DNA from: Octopus vulgaris
Taxonomy: Eukaryota
Reading direction: 5' to 3'
DNA length: 64,000 bases
Assembly (NCBI GenBank): GCA_951406725.2
Contig: OX597834.1
Span: forward strand, 12,028,001-12,092,000
The position numbers and the translations under genes were made by a program. Numbering within the stretch: position 1 is the first letter of the stretch; each line of letters starts with the position of its first letter. This document shows, in pieces, positions 44,297-57,607 of this stretch. The notes beneath the pieces were generated by a model. The model was not told the DNA's origin, made no database searches, and saw only the letters and a list, made by a program, of their open reading frames with translations.

Positions 44297-45202
44297 CAAA
44301 TAAGGTATGAAGTATTAACGATATTCGAACTACGACACAATAACAGAACTAACTGATACAGGTACTTATTTCCTCTGTCGCAAGACATCCTTATTTGAGG
44401 TAATCTTTTATGAAAACTTCTCCCACTTTTCCTCTCAACTGTCTAACGATTCCGTCACAATATTTTGATAGAGAAGGGATCAGTGTGCAAAGATATGATA
44501 ACACTTATATTTAGTGCACAGTAAAGCCACCTGATCTGGTGATATTCTATACTGTGAATATAAGACCATGATCTGCAATATAAAATATATATATCAAAGC
44601 TTGTTACGTTTTTATATAATCCAAATACATAATTATAAGAATAGTCTACATTCTACGTAGAGGAATTTAAAATTCAATATTAGAACAAGCTCTACGCAGA
44701 TTCTTCATAGTTAGATTTCGGTACTATAGGATCCGTTACAAACATAAACATATGCACGTCACAATAATCTGCCTATAACATAACAAGATCACTCAATAAC
44801 AAAATGAGTTTTAACTAGCTCGCACGAATCTCCAATTCGTCGTAGGCACGAATCTCCTTCATTTCGACCTACGCACGAAGCATTTGTGTATATGCCATAC
44901 AAAAATCCCAAATTGATGACCTGTATTGAGTCGATTATAACACTACATATTCAGGTCAAATTTAAAAGGGCCCGATGATATACAAAGGCGTAGACAAAAG
45001 AGTTACATGGGTGTAGAGGTGTTCATTACTTTCTAGCCCCGGACCAAATATTTCAATAGCGACACAGCTGGCTTATATATTTTGATGCTATTTAACAGGA
45101 TTTCTAATTATCGTATATTATTTCATTTTTTTTTCCTTTATGGATATTAGACTGAATTTTGATTGAAATCAAATTGCTATTTCAAAAGAGTCGTACATAT
45201 AT

Positions 45203-45612
45203 AGGCGCAGGAGTGGCTGTGTGGTAAGTAGCTTGCTTACCAACCACGTGGCACCTTGGGCACGTGTCTTCTACTATAGCTTCGGGCCGACCAAAGCCTT
45301 GTGAGTGGATTTGGTAGACGGAAACCGAAAGAAGCCCGTCGTATATATATACATATATATGTATATATACATATATGTGTGTGTGTATCTGTGTGTTTCT
45401 TAGTGTGTCTGTGCTTGTCCGCCCAACATCGTTTGACAACAGATGCTGGTGTGTTTACGTCCCCGTATCCTAGCCCTTCGGCAAAAGAGACCGATAGAAT
45501 AAGTACTAGGCTTACAAAGAATACGTCCTAGAGTCGATTTGCTCGACTTAAGGCGGTGCTCCAGCAAGGCCGCAGTCAAATGACTGAAACAAGTAAAAGA
45601 GAGTAAAGAGAG
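45203..45612 (+). mobile_element. SINE family A with the B-box region deleted
   Basis: Reads CCAACCAC|GTGGCACC; the ATGGTTCCGGGTTCAGTCC..CTGC segment seen in other copies is missing. Confidence 0.9.
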
Positions 45613-46224
45613 TATATTTAGACAGCCGCACATTTATTATTCTCTGTATTGCAACCTTGTTTTTATTAATTTTATTTTTCGCTAGTGCTTCACGCTTGTC
45701 AATAAATTTCGAACAAAGACATGAGTAAAAACAGTAGGACACAGCAACAACAAGAACAAAATCAAGTAGAAGGAGAACAATAGAAAATACTGTCTGATAT
45801 TGTTATAATCCTCCATTTTACGTAAACTTTACGATATCATTATTTTATGGCTTCACTTCAAAAGCTATTTTAATTTTATCACTATTATAGCAAGATAAAT
45901 GAAATAATCGATCGTATTGAAAACATCATAGAGAAACAATTGAAATTTTAGGGTCTAATCATTCCAAGAAATCACGTGGTGCGATATAGAAAACATACAC
46001 TTACATCGACTACAAGAAGACTATAGAAATATTCACACTTACACACAAATTCATATACATATGTGTGTGTGTGTGCATGGTAGATATTCCATGCTAAAAT
46101 GTCTGTTACCTATTCTTGGAACGTCTGGTTTAGCACCTCGTTTAGCATCCATTTCATATCATATATATATTTCGTTTTTGGATTTGGTTTGCAAGATTCT
46201 TTATATGAGTTCGTGTGTTGAAGC

Positions 46225-46426
46225 ATATTCTGTTGTGTCTGGGGAGAATCATTCTCTTTTAGTGCCTTATTATTTAACACACTCACCGGTACTCAAGACT
46301 ATTGAAAAAGTTGCAAGACACAACGAAAATTTTAGAAAATAAACATAAGAAATAAGTGGAAATTTTACCGGTGAGTACGTTAAATAATAAGGCACTAAAA
46401 GAGAATGACTCTCCCCAGACACAACA

Positions 46427-46432
<6 letters not shown>
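46225..46432. repeat. 67-bp-arm inverted repeat with a 74-bp spacer
   Basis: 46225-46291 versus 46366-46432; 3 mismatches counted by eye. Confidence 0.92.
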
Positions 46433-46458
<26 letters not shown>

Positions 46459-46461
<3 letters not shown>

Positions 46462-46630
46462 ACCTCGTGAGTACCGCTACGGATTTTTTTATTTGTCTTC
46501 CCTTCTCGGGATCTTTCCTCTTCCTATGTTTCCGACGAAGAGCTCCGCTCGAAACGTCCAATAATACTTTATTTGTTCCATGTCCTCGCGTTGCTGTGTT
46601 TTTTTTTGTTTTTTCTCGTTTGGATTAACT
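46459..46630 (+). mobile_element. Hammerhead-bearing cassette family H1, flanked by (TA)n on both sides
   Basis: GTTT-CCGACGA-A-GAGC-TCC-GCTC-GAAA-CGT-C at 46528-46558; homologous to 52501-52707 and 58957-59140. Confidence 0.8.
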
Positions 46631-47072
46631 ATATATGTATATATATATATATACACAAGGCCAATGACGTCATTAAAGATTTGAACCGTCATACATGAGA
46701 TCTTTGTATTTCTTCCTCACATATTGTCCTTCTTCTTCTTCATCATTTCTTATAATAGTGATTCTCTCTTGTTTAGTATTTTTATTCTTAACTCCTAAGC
46801 CAGGCGAGAAATAACAACGGCTGTAGTCCATTCCAAGTCTCCGCAAATGGTAGACGTAGCTAAATATAACTTCACATCGCACACACTTCATTAGAATCCT
46901 CTTTGTCGTGTGAACTCTACTCAATATATGATACAAAGTGCTGACAAGCGCATTCTGATATTTAGTTTGGCGCTTCACATGTGGACATTAGTGTTGCCTT
47001 GCTGGATTTTTGTGCTCTCTGAGTGCTCTTGTGGTTATTGTTGCTTATTATCACTACTACTACTACTACTCA

Positions 47073-47775
47073 GCCGGTGAGCTGGCAGAACCGTTAGCAC
47101 ACCGGTTAGCGGCATTAAGTCTGTCGTTACGTTCTGAGCTGCAATTCCGCCGGAGTCGGCTTTGCCTTTCATCTTTTTGTGGTCACTTAAATAAGTACCA
47201 GTTACGCACTGGAGTCGAAAAAATCGGCGAGCATCTACCCCAAATGATTCAGCCCTTGGGCCTATGGTACAAAGAATCATTATTATTATTACCATTATGA
47301 CGGAAATCTCTCAGAATCATTACAATGCCGAGGAAAATGCTTAGCAGTATTTCGTCCGTCTTTACGTTCTGAGTTCAAATTCTGCCCAGGTCGCCCTTGG
47401 CTGTCATCCATTCGGGGTCGATAAATTAAGTACCAGTTACGCAATGGTGTCGATATAATCGACTTAATACCTATCCCTGTCCTTGTTTGTCCTCTTTATG
47501 TTTAGCCCCTTGTGGTTAATAAAGAAATTGGTGTGTGTGTGTGTGTCCGTGTACGTGTCAATATGTATATTTTAGTCGTGTTTTTCCAACACTTTCATTT
47601 GAAAACTGGTGTTCGTTTGGTCATTTCACCTTAACATGGTTCTGAGTTCAAATTCTGCCGATGTCGCCCTTGGCTTTCATCCATTCGGGATCGATAAAAT
47701 AAGTACCAGCTGAGCCCTGGTTGTTGATTAGCCTCTCCTCCAAAATAGTTACCCTCCTATCAAAATTTTAAATCA
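47073..47775 (+). mobile_element. Three consecutive SINE B copies or fragments (47073-47290, 47298-47528, 47636-47775)
   Basis: Repeated GTTCTGAG..AATTC.GCC..TTCGGG.TCGATAAA..AAGTACCAG. Confidence 0.85.
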
Positions 47776-48559
47776 TCATCGTCATCATCATTTTCTTCAC
47801 CAATAATTTACCTACCTTTGTTCATATAGCTACATATTATTTCTGCTTGTTCTAATTAGAACTTTGAAGATAACGAAATTTCTTAATCATCAAAATGTGT
47901 TAATGCAATGCTTTTATTGTTCGTGTCATTATAGTTGATATTGGTCGCAAAGCATAAATGCATCAACTGAATTTCCTCGGCTCTATTAGTAATGAGATTG
48001 GGTATAATAATAATAATATTAACAACAATATTAATAACAATGATCTGAAAGAACAGCAATAGTTTTAAGCGACGAAGGAATTTGCAATATCCACGCTACA
48101 ATTATTAAGACGGCTGCTGCATTAGTTGAGAATGTATATTCAGAATTTACGCATTAATAAAAGTTAATATCAGGAAAGTAAGAGAATCTCAGGTGTATTT
48201 GTAGAATTCCAATATCATCACTTTTATTTTCAAACACGATATATCTTCAAGCAGAAGTGTCCATATTTCATTGTTGTACACACACACACACACACACACA
48301 CACGATCACACAGACACATACGACGTACGCATAACCGCACATACATATATTCATTTGTACTTGTGTGTATCTAGTATAAATATATATGCGTGTGTGTGTG
48401 CGTGTATGTACATATATTTATATGTATATTTATATACATACATATATATATACATGACATATACGCATCTGTCTATCTATCTGCCTATATAAATATATAT
48501 ATATACATATATATATATTATATATACATATATTCTGATATAAATATAAATGTATATAT

Positions 48560-48970
48560 ACATATACATACATTCATACACACACACACATATACATACA
48601 TACATGCACACACACACATATATGCATACATACATGCACACACACATACATACATACATACATACATGAACACACACATACATACATGAACACACACACA
48701 TACATACATACATACATACATGAACACACACACATACATACATACATACATGAACACACACACATACATACATACATACATGAACACACACACACATACA
48801 TACATACATGAACACACACACACATACATACATACATGAACACACACACATACATTATATATATATATATATATATACATACATATATTATGATATAAAT
48901 ATAAATGTATATATATATATTATGATATAAATATAAATGTATATATATATATTATGATATAAATATAACT
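48560..48970. repeat. Minisatellites derived from microsatellite: (ATGAACACACACACATACATAC..)n and (ATTATGATATAAATATAAATGTATATATAT)n
   Basis: Directly visible higher-order periodicity. Confidence 0.85.
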
Positions 48971-49036
48971 ATATATATACATCTATTCTGATATAGATAT
49001 GTGTGTGTGTGTGTATGTATGTATATATATATATAT

Positions 49037-49265
49037 GGAGGCGCAATGGCCTAGTGGTTAGGGCAGCGGACTTGCGGTCGGAGGATCGCGGTTTCGATTC
49101 CCAGACCGGGCGTTGTGTGTGTTTATTGAGCGAAAACACCTAAAAGCTCCACGAGGCTCCGGCAGGAGGTGGTGATCCCTGCTGTACTCTTTCACCACTC
49201 TAAAAGGCGGTGCTCCAGCATGGCCGCAGTCAAATGACTGAAACAAGTACAGAAAAAAAAAAAAT
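49037..49265 (+). mobile_element. Chimeric SINE: family C head plus family A tail
   Basis: C head up to TTCACCAC, then AAAGGCGGTGCTCCAGCATGGCCGCAGTCAAATGACTGAAACAAGT. Confidence 0.9.
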
Positions 49266-49805
49266 AAATAAATATATATATATATATACACAGATACAAA
49301 CATACATATATGCATAGATTCTCTAGCGTTTAAGCTTTTAATATCAATATCAATGTACATTATATTTTGAAGACATCTCCAATCCTACCGAGTGCAATCG
49401 ATAACCGGTCTCTCGATTTTCACGAATATACAACTTTATTTGCAACAGTGCTTATTCATTGCTGTCTCTGCTTTTTACTGTTGCTTTTGCTTTAGGTCAG
49501 CCTCGTTCTCTCTGACCTATCATCAAATAATTTGCAGATGTCCTCTCAACGTCGTACTAATTCCTCCATAAAACTTTGAGAGAAGGCAGCATAGATTTAT
49601 GTAATGTAGTATAATTTTACGATTGATACTCAGTGCTATGTGTATCATAGAAAAACTCAGCACTTGGCTCTCGAAATTCTCCTATAGTTTACAAATATAG
49701 CAATTAAGCTCTTTTAACAGTCTACAAAGGGCATACTCAATCCAGTACCCGAAATTCTATTATATACTGTTTAGTATTAATGCACAGTATTATATACCGC
49801 AATAT

Positions 49806-50107
49806 GAAGGCGCGTGGCTTAGTGGCTACGGCAATAGGTTCACGATCGTAAGGTCATGAGATCAATTCCCGGCGACGCGTTGTGTCCTTATTTCATGTTG
49901 CTCCAGTTCACTCAACTGGTAAAAATGAGTAGTATCTGTATTTCAAAGGTCCAGCTTTGTCACACTCTGTGTCACTCTGAATCTCCATGAGAACTACGTT
50001 AAGAGTACACGTGTCTGTGGAGTGCTCAGCCAATTGCACGTCAATTTCCAGCATGGCCGCAGTCAAATGACTGATACAAGTAAAAGAGTAAAAAAGTAAA
50101 AAGAGTA
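49806..50107 (+). mobile_element. Chimeric SINE: family D head, family C tail and family A tail end
   Basis: GGCGCGTGGCTTAGTGG..TTGCTCCAGTTCACTC..AAATGAGTAG | TGTATTTCAAAGG..GGAGTGCTCAGCC | CCAGCATGGCCGCAGTC. Confidence 0.85.
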
Positions 50108-52500
50108 CTTAGGGTATCCAAGATGTTCGGTCGCCTAAAAAATTCTACTTAGTAGGACTGACGAATTTATGGTATGGACCGTATCATTGTGATGATCTGT
50201 AAAAATAAATTTATGTGCCAAGCCCAGGTTTTTGCTTTCGTATCATAAATCTATTCAGCCATGCTATGAGCCACACTTGAGCGACAATGAATATGTACAT
50301 GATTTATTCTGTATAATCAGCATCTAAGACTATAAGTCATTTTATAACAATGAAACAAACATCGCAACACGAGATAAAAATATCTTTCCACCTTCTTGAA
50401 CATATATAATTTGGTGTAGACTTCAAAGACAAGCAGTTGTATTAAAATAAAAAGAAAAGCACAAATCTTTGAATATGGTAAAAATATAGTAAATACGTAT
50501 TAATAATGATAATGGCATTAACAAATTAAATAACGAATGTATTAATAATATGCTTCCAAATCGATGGTCGATAATTTGTCTCAAAATAAGTAAATAATGT
50601 AAAATAGAAATGAAAGTAAGAACAGTCAACATAGCACATGGCATTGGTAAGGCATGATATGCTGAAACGGAATCTTTCCAAATATAAATAATTGAAGCAT
50701 ATGAAAGAAAAAAATATAAATAAAAGACATGCATTTTGTTGACGTGTCCATTTTCCACGTTGCAAGCTCAACGATGAATGATATTCCGCGACAAAGCTGT
50801 TTGACTAAAGAGTAAATTGTAATATGATTAATCTAATCACAACAATGGTTTTGAAATGCTCAATCTCTATGATGGATTTCACATAATATTTTCTGGAAAT
50901 AGATGTATCCGAAATCATAGCATGGAAAATAGAAATTGTGCACATGGTAATTAGATGTCTTGGAAATGATAGCCAAAAAAAAAAAGTAGAAAATAAGTGG
51001 AAATATGTATAAACATATAGCCCTATAAAAAATGAGGAAATAAAGCCTAACATATATATAGAATATTTCCACTACAAGAGAAACAAAACCGCCAAAGTAA
51101 AAAACCGAAATATCACATGTGAAGAGAGGATATATGGAGATCTGCTATTTCATTCAGTGTAACACGCAACTGCAACGTATTTATAATGATGATGATGAGG
51201 ACAATGATGATGATGATGATATCGATGTGGATGTCTCAGCGGATTAGATGTCAGCAATCGAATGCGTAATACGATAAAAACTGGAGGTCATAACATCAGT
51301 CCGTGTATATGTATCAAATATGTGCTGTCACCAATAGGATTCTTCCCCCCTTTTTTTCTTGCTATATTTTGTTTTATTTCGTTTATATTTTTTTCCTTGT
51401 ATTATTTATTCACTTTTTGTATTGTATCTTTTTTTCATTGTATTCTTTATTCGCGTATTGTATTGTATTATTTATTTTTCTTCCTTCGTTATTTTTCGAT
51501 CACGACAAAAGAGACTATATATAATTATACGTTTAGTTCTGCGGCAATGTAAACAATCTATCTTGGACATAGGTTTTATGCAACAATTCTGTAGGGATTA
51601 AGAGGAATTGTTTAAATAAAAATATAGCAATTTTCTCTGAATTACTTCTGTATATATTCGTCTCTCTATATTTTTCTATTACACTAGTTCACTTATTCTT
51701 TCTTCTTGAGAACATTACAATGATCCTGAAGCTAAGTTCTGCTACGATATTTTCGTTATTATTCATGAGGGAGTCAATGTCAAGAACCTTAATAAAACTG
51801 CTGACGAAGACATCGGTACCAATAATCTTAAATACAAAATATCTTTGTCGACCGAGTGAAGTGGTATCCACTGAGTATAGGAAGCAGTCAAGTACTACTA
51901 ATCAATCGGTTTGTTGTTGGTTATACATCAAACCACATGCCACGCTTCCGAAGGATTCGTTTATTATAGTTCTATATTATTGTTTTGTCCTATGTCGTCC
52001 ATCTTTCAAAAAAGACGCAAAGGTATATAGTACATTTTATTACTTCATCCATTTGATTCTATTTTAGAACTTCTGAGGCTGCCCTGAGAGAGAGAGATTT
52101 GGATGCAATTTTTAGAAGATCAAACGACGTCCTAGTTACAGACGTACCAGCTCCCAAGTTAGAAATGTTAGCTGCGCAATTCAATTTTCATCTTAACTGC
52201 AATAGTTGCGGTCAAAAAATATATGTTCTCTGAATAAGTTTTGATTAGGTTGTCGAGACAAATCTCACATTCTGTCTCATAAATTAATGGGCTATGAAAG
52301 TCAGCCGTTTGATTAAATGATAGCTCAATACTAGCCAACTCGACGAAACAGCAAGACGAACAACATGTAGCTGTCTAAACTGTGAAGGGGTTACACTTGT
52401 ATATCGGAGGAATAAAAGAGAGACGTGGCTGTGTGGTAAGAATCTTGCTTACCAAACGCATCATTCATTCTATATATACATATATGTATATGCATATAAA

Positions 52501-52707
52501 GTTAATCCAAACATGAAAACACAAAGAGAAAACACAACAACGCGAGGACGTGGAACAAGTAGAGTATTATTGGACGCTCAAGAAAGGAAAGAAAGAAGGA
52601 GGATCTAACGTTTCGAGCGGAGCTCTTCGTCAGAAACATAGGAAAAGGAAAAATCCAAGAAAGGGAAGACGGAAGAAAAAATTGCTAACGATTCACACGC
52701 GGTCACG
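52501..52707 (-). mobile_element. Hammerhead-bearing cassette family H1
   Basis: Same termini as the other H1 copies (GTGACC...TGGATTAAC); TA-rich flanks. Confidence 0.8.
52603..52637 (-). ncRNA. Minimal type I hammerhead ribozyme with an intact catalytic core
   Basis: The minus strand reads GUUU-CUGACGA-A-GAGC-UCC-GCUC-GAAA-CGU-U|AGAU: CUGANGA and GAAA boxes, 4-bp helix II, palindromic ACGU helix III and a GUU cleavage triplet. Confidence 0.7.
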
Positions 52708-52713
52708 TATATT

Positions 52714-52755
<42 letters not shown>

Positions 52756-53614
52756 GTCATAAGGATTTTGCCGACCCGAGGTTACAGTAGAATACAGTTG
52801 CTCAAAATGGCCCGTAGTGAAACTGAACCCGGAACAATCTCGTTCGGTAGCAAGCTTCGTACCACAATGTTACGATTATTACTACACACACACACACACA
52901 CACAAAACACACGTATGTATAGACACACATACTCTTTATATGTGACGGACATTATCGTGTGTTAGGTGGACTCTACATTCAGTATAAACATTCTCTCCTG
53001 GTTGCCCTTGACAGAAATATCCTTCGCTTTGATTTCCATGGTTGTTTTGGAACAGTTTGTCATTCCATGGTTGTTTGGAATAGTTTATAACATTTGTCAT
53101 TCTCTCATGTATCTTAAAACTCCTGTGTATGTTAAATGCATCCCCTATCACGTTGGCATTTCGTAATTCAGAAACCATTTCTAGTATTTCGAGTCGAACG
53201 AATGTGATATCACTTTTTCTTCCCGTCATCAACATACTCCATCATCAGTTATTGTAATCACTTACACCAGAAAATACCAAAATACAATGTTATTGCATTT
53301 TCTGTGACTTTATTTCCGACCATAATTTCGCCACTTTCTAGACTGTACTGAATTTCATGAATTTCCCAGATGTTGAGTTCATTCATTTAACAGGCATGCA
53401 TCAAAATGCTGAAAGTTTATTAGATACTTCATTCTTTTTTCCTTTGCAGATGTTTGTAACTGTCTTTAGCAATTGATTGCATTTATCTATATGTAATTTT
53501 TTTATTGTGTAAATGTTTGGTATTGTTTTGCAAGAGTGAAAGGAGAGTGTTGGGAAAACGTAGAAACGTAGCTATTTTTAGTAATTTCCCTTAAAGTTTT
53601 TTACTAGAATAATA

Positions 53615-53616
53615 CT

Positions 53617-53648
<32 letters not shown>

Positions 53649-54043
53649 TTATACACACATACATATATATACACACGCATATGTATATACGTACATGTAT
53701 ATACACACACATGTATGCATATATATATATATATATATACATACATGTATATACACACACATGTATGCATATATATATATATATACATACATGTATATAC
53801 ACACATGTATGTATATATATATATACATACATACATGTATATACACACATGTATGTATGTATATATATATATGTTTATATACATACACACATATGTATGC
53901 ATATATATATATACATACATGTATATACACACATGTATGTATGTATGTATGTATATATATATATATATGTTTATATACATACAGATATATATACATATAT
54001 GTATACACAAACACATACCTATTTCTATCTATATATCTATATA

Positions 54044-54078
<35 letters not shown>

Positions 54079-54450
54079 GTATGTATATATTAGCGTCTGT
54101 TAATATTTATATGTACCACGTCCTCGCACTTTTTTTGTGTTTGTTGTTCTTTTGGGGATTTATCAGATATATATATATATATACATACATACATACATAT
54201 ACACACACAAGGAGAGGGAAAGAAAGGAGTAAAGCTCAGATAAACAAATGTAGGCGTATGGGAAGATCCGTATACAAATACAGACACATTAGTGCGCACA
54301 CGCACGCACGCACACGCATGCACACACACTCACTCACTCACCCACACACTAACACACACGCTCTCTCACAAAAACAGACCCATACACTCATTCACACACA
54401 TACACAGCTACACACTCATCCACACCCACACACGGACACTCACATGCATA
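53615..54450. repeat. Compound (TA)/(CA) microsatellite and minisatellite
   Basis: Directly visible. Confidence 0.93.
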
Positions 54451-54777
54451 TTCTCTAAGTGTGTATGTGTATCTGTTTATGTGTTAAAAGTTTTCGAGCT
54501 ATCTAAAGCTCCGCCCTAACAATTTGGTATTCGTAGGAAATATAATCTTCTGATCTCAAATTGCAGGAGGTTCATTATATATATAAAGCCATTTTTACGT
54601 TTTATGTTTAATTTTGTTAATTCATTTATCAGCCAGCTCAGAATAGCAAAACTATAACTTATTAATGCTACAGCTAGAGATTTGATGGTTATCACGTAAT
54701 CTTTTTCTTCTCTTTCTCTCAATATGTGTGTGTTTCTATTTATGAATATATGAGTGTATGTATATGCGTATTTATGA

Positions 54778-54814
<37 letters not shown>

Positions 54815-54817
54815 CGT

Positions 54818-54849
<32 letters not shown>

Positions 54850-55926
54850 AACTATGTATGTATGTACCTGCTTTTAACAGTTTTAAAGTATTAATCTTTT
54901 ACGTCTAAAATATTCCTTCCTAATCTTATTAAGCGTTATATATAATCATATTTATCATTACTATTATTAGTATTATCATTATTATTATAATTATTATTAT
55001 TGTTATTATTTAAAATATATATTCAAAAGTGTTGTGCCAATTGACACTACATCGTTAACTGCATGCAACGCCGAAGTGACTGAAATTTGTGGTTCGTTCA
55101 AGTTATGATTATTAGAATTATGTTAACATGCCACATCGGTTTTGCGTCTTTTGGGGACTCATTTTGTCATATCTCATGAGTTATTGTTCTGTTTGCTACT
55201 GTTATGCAGAATATGTGCTAAATGGATCCATTTATATTAAAGGGATTCAGGTGCGTAGAAGGTGTTATATGAAAATGTTTAATGTTACAAGGCCGGCATC
55301 ATATATGAATGTTCTATGCTTTTATATTCAGCAGTTGTTGCACTGCACATATGCCTCCGTAATTTTCAAAGCTCTAGAATGTAGATGTCACATTTGACAT
55401 AGCGACACAATATCTGCCTTTTAGCTCATAACGTAAGAAAATGCTCAGACAGATTTCTCAAAAATAGTGTTATATAGGTAATTTAACAGCAGCTATGGTC
55501 TTTCAGTCCTTGGTATTTTTTCGCAAAATAAGGTTAGATTATATATTTATTACAAAATGTTATATATGTTCTTAGGAAGTGAGTATGTAATTCTACATTA
55601 CTCTCGTTCTCAGAATACTCAAACTTGTGAATCTATTTTCTGGCTTGAAGTGCAGAAACCAAATCCGTAAGACTGATTATGTAAATTGGAATGCTACGTA
55701 ACTGGAAATGTTGTTTTGGTTAATTGAAAACACTTCGAAAAATTATCGACAAAAGAGCGATCATAAAAGTAAATCGCTGAGGTTACTCTTGCAGAAACAC
55801 AAGAATTCCAATTATATAAAAAGAATAATGCCTGATAACGCTTCCTTCTTAGTCCTATTCTTACACGATATTTCGAAGTTATGGAGCAAATTGAAATTAA
55901 ACACCACTAGCTATCTGCCGTGATAG

Positions 55927-56067
55927 AAGGTGCGGTAAGTAGCTTGCATAACAACCATATGGTTCCGGGTTCAGTCCCTCTGCGTTGCACCTTGGGCAAG
56001 TGTCTTCTACTATAACCTCCGGCCGACTAAAGTGGATTCGGTAGACGGAAACTGACAGAAGACCGTC

Positions 56068-56125
<58 letters not shown>

Positions 56126-56272
56126 CCATAACTTAGCGTTCGGCAAAAGAGACCGATAGAATAAGTACTAGGCTTACAAAGAATAAGTCCTGGGGTCGAT
56201 TTGCTCGAGTAAAGGCGGTACTCCAGCATGGCCACAGTCAAATGACTAAAACAAGTAAAAGAGTAGAAAGAG
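55927..56272 (+). mobile_element. SINE family A with internal deletions around the (TA)n
   Basis: Head and tail match family A. Confidence 0.88.
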
Positions 56273-56691
56273 AATATCAGCATCATCATCATTATTATTA
56301 TCATTATTATTATTAATAAAAATGATAATAACAACAACATCAATAATAATAATAATAACAACAATAAGGAAGGGGAAGAGGGGACGATAACGAAATGAAA
56401 GAAAAGGAGAAGGATGGGGTTGATAATGATAAGAAAAATGATGCTTTCAATGTCGTATTGTTTCAGTTATGTAATTATATAATCATCACTGCTGTTTTTT
56501 TTTTTCGCTTTTCATCTCGGCTTTATTCAAAAATTTATTAGAACGACTACACAAAAGAAACGTAATTTTAATAACAAGGCGAGAAGTTAAAATGGCCCTT
56601 AGGTATTTCTCGTACTTTACTTTTGTGCAGAATTATTTTTCTGTCAAGATGTATTTTATATTATCTACTTCATTTTTTTCCACCCATTATA

Positions 56692-57008
56692 AAGAATCAC
56701 GATTAGTTAGTAGGATATGTTCTATTGTATATTTTCCAGATCTTAATCATTGATTAATTGATTTGAGACAACAACTTCCAGTTCCAGGTTTTCTAGATTA
56801 CATTTAATGAAGCAGTAACGTACAAGAGTGAATAATTATTGCTTTGAGCTATGATTTAAATTTAACAGAATGGCTAAAAGAAGTGTTCTTCACACATCTA
56901 TTCAAGAACTGAGAAATTTAATTCAATTTATAAATTATGGTTTGAACAGACACGTAAAAAAAAAAAATATATATATGATACAAAATTTGATGCAAAGCAC
57001 GAAAAATA
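56692..57008. repeat. Diverged local direct duplication, copy 1 (copy 2 at 59990-60298)
   Basis: Colinear shared blocks TCTTAATCATT.ATTAATTGAT, CAGGTTTTCTAGATTACA.TTAATGAAGCAGTA, TCTATTCAAGA and ATATATGATACAAA..TTGATGCAAAG. Confidence 0.88.
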
Positions 57009-57360
57009 ATATTTCTATAGCATAAAATCTGCAAACTCAAAAGACACATACATACTGACATCTAAATCCAAATATATACTTCCATATAAATATAATCTCT
57101 CCGCGGTGAAATGTTTTGATCCTGACTCTCCAAGATGTAATTCAAAACGTCTGTAGACGAGTCAACTTTTGTACTGAAAATGAAGGACGGCACTTTCAAC
57201 AACTCTTCTAATTTTTTTAAATTTTGGGTCAGCAGAGGTCAAATTGTTTACTACTACCAGCGATCTCCGAGAGCACTGACCTTGGTCTGGAAACGAAGCA
57301 ATTCTCCTCGTTCTATTTTTTATTACAGATAAAAATGTAATTATATATATATATATATAT

Positions 57361-57481
57361 AGAAGAGCGTATGCTCGAAACGTAAAAGACTTTTTCTACT
57401 CCTGAGCGTTATACTAATACATCAGTTTGTTTTGTATACCACCTGTCTTCGTCTTTTCTTTTTTTTTTCGTAAACTTTCCC
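57361..57481 (+). mobile_element. Hammerhead-bearing cassette H2, 5'-truncated within the core, embedded in (TA)n
   Basis: GA-A-GAGC-GTAT-GCTC-GAAA-CGT-A-AAAG; homologous to 16407-16527. Confidence 0.72.
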
Positions 57482-57554
57482 TATATATATATATATATAT
57501 ATATATAGGGAGAGTTTACGAAAAAAAATTCAACAATGTGAATTGATATATGTA

Positions 57555-57607
<53 letters not shown>

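Noticed and set aside
44822-44880. Three GCACGAA repeats with a small hairpin
   Set aside because: Too short and irregular to interpret.
55329-55350. TCAGCAGTTGTTGCACTG resembling a lophotrochozoan miRNA (miR-1992-like, from memory)
   Set aside because: No complementary star arm or precursor hairpin nearby.
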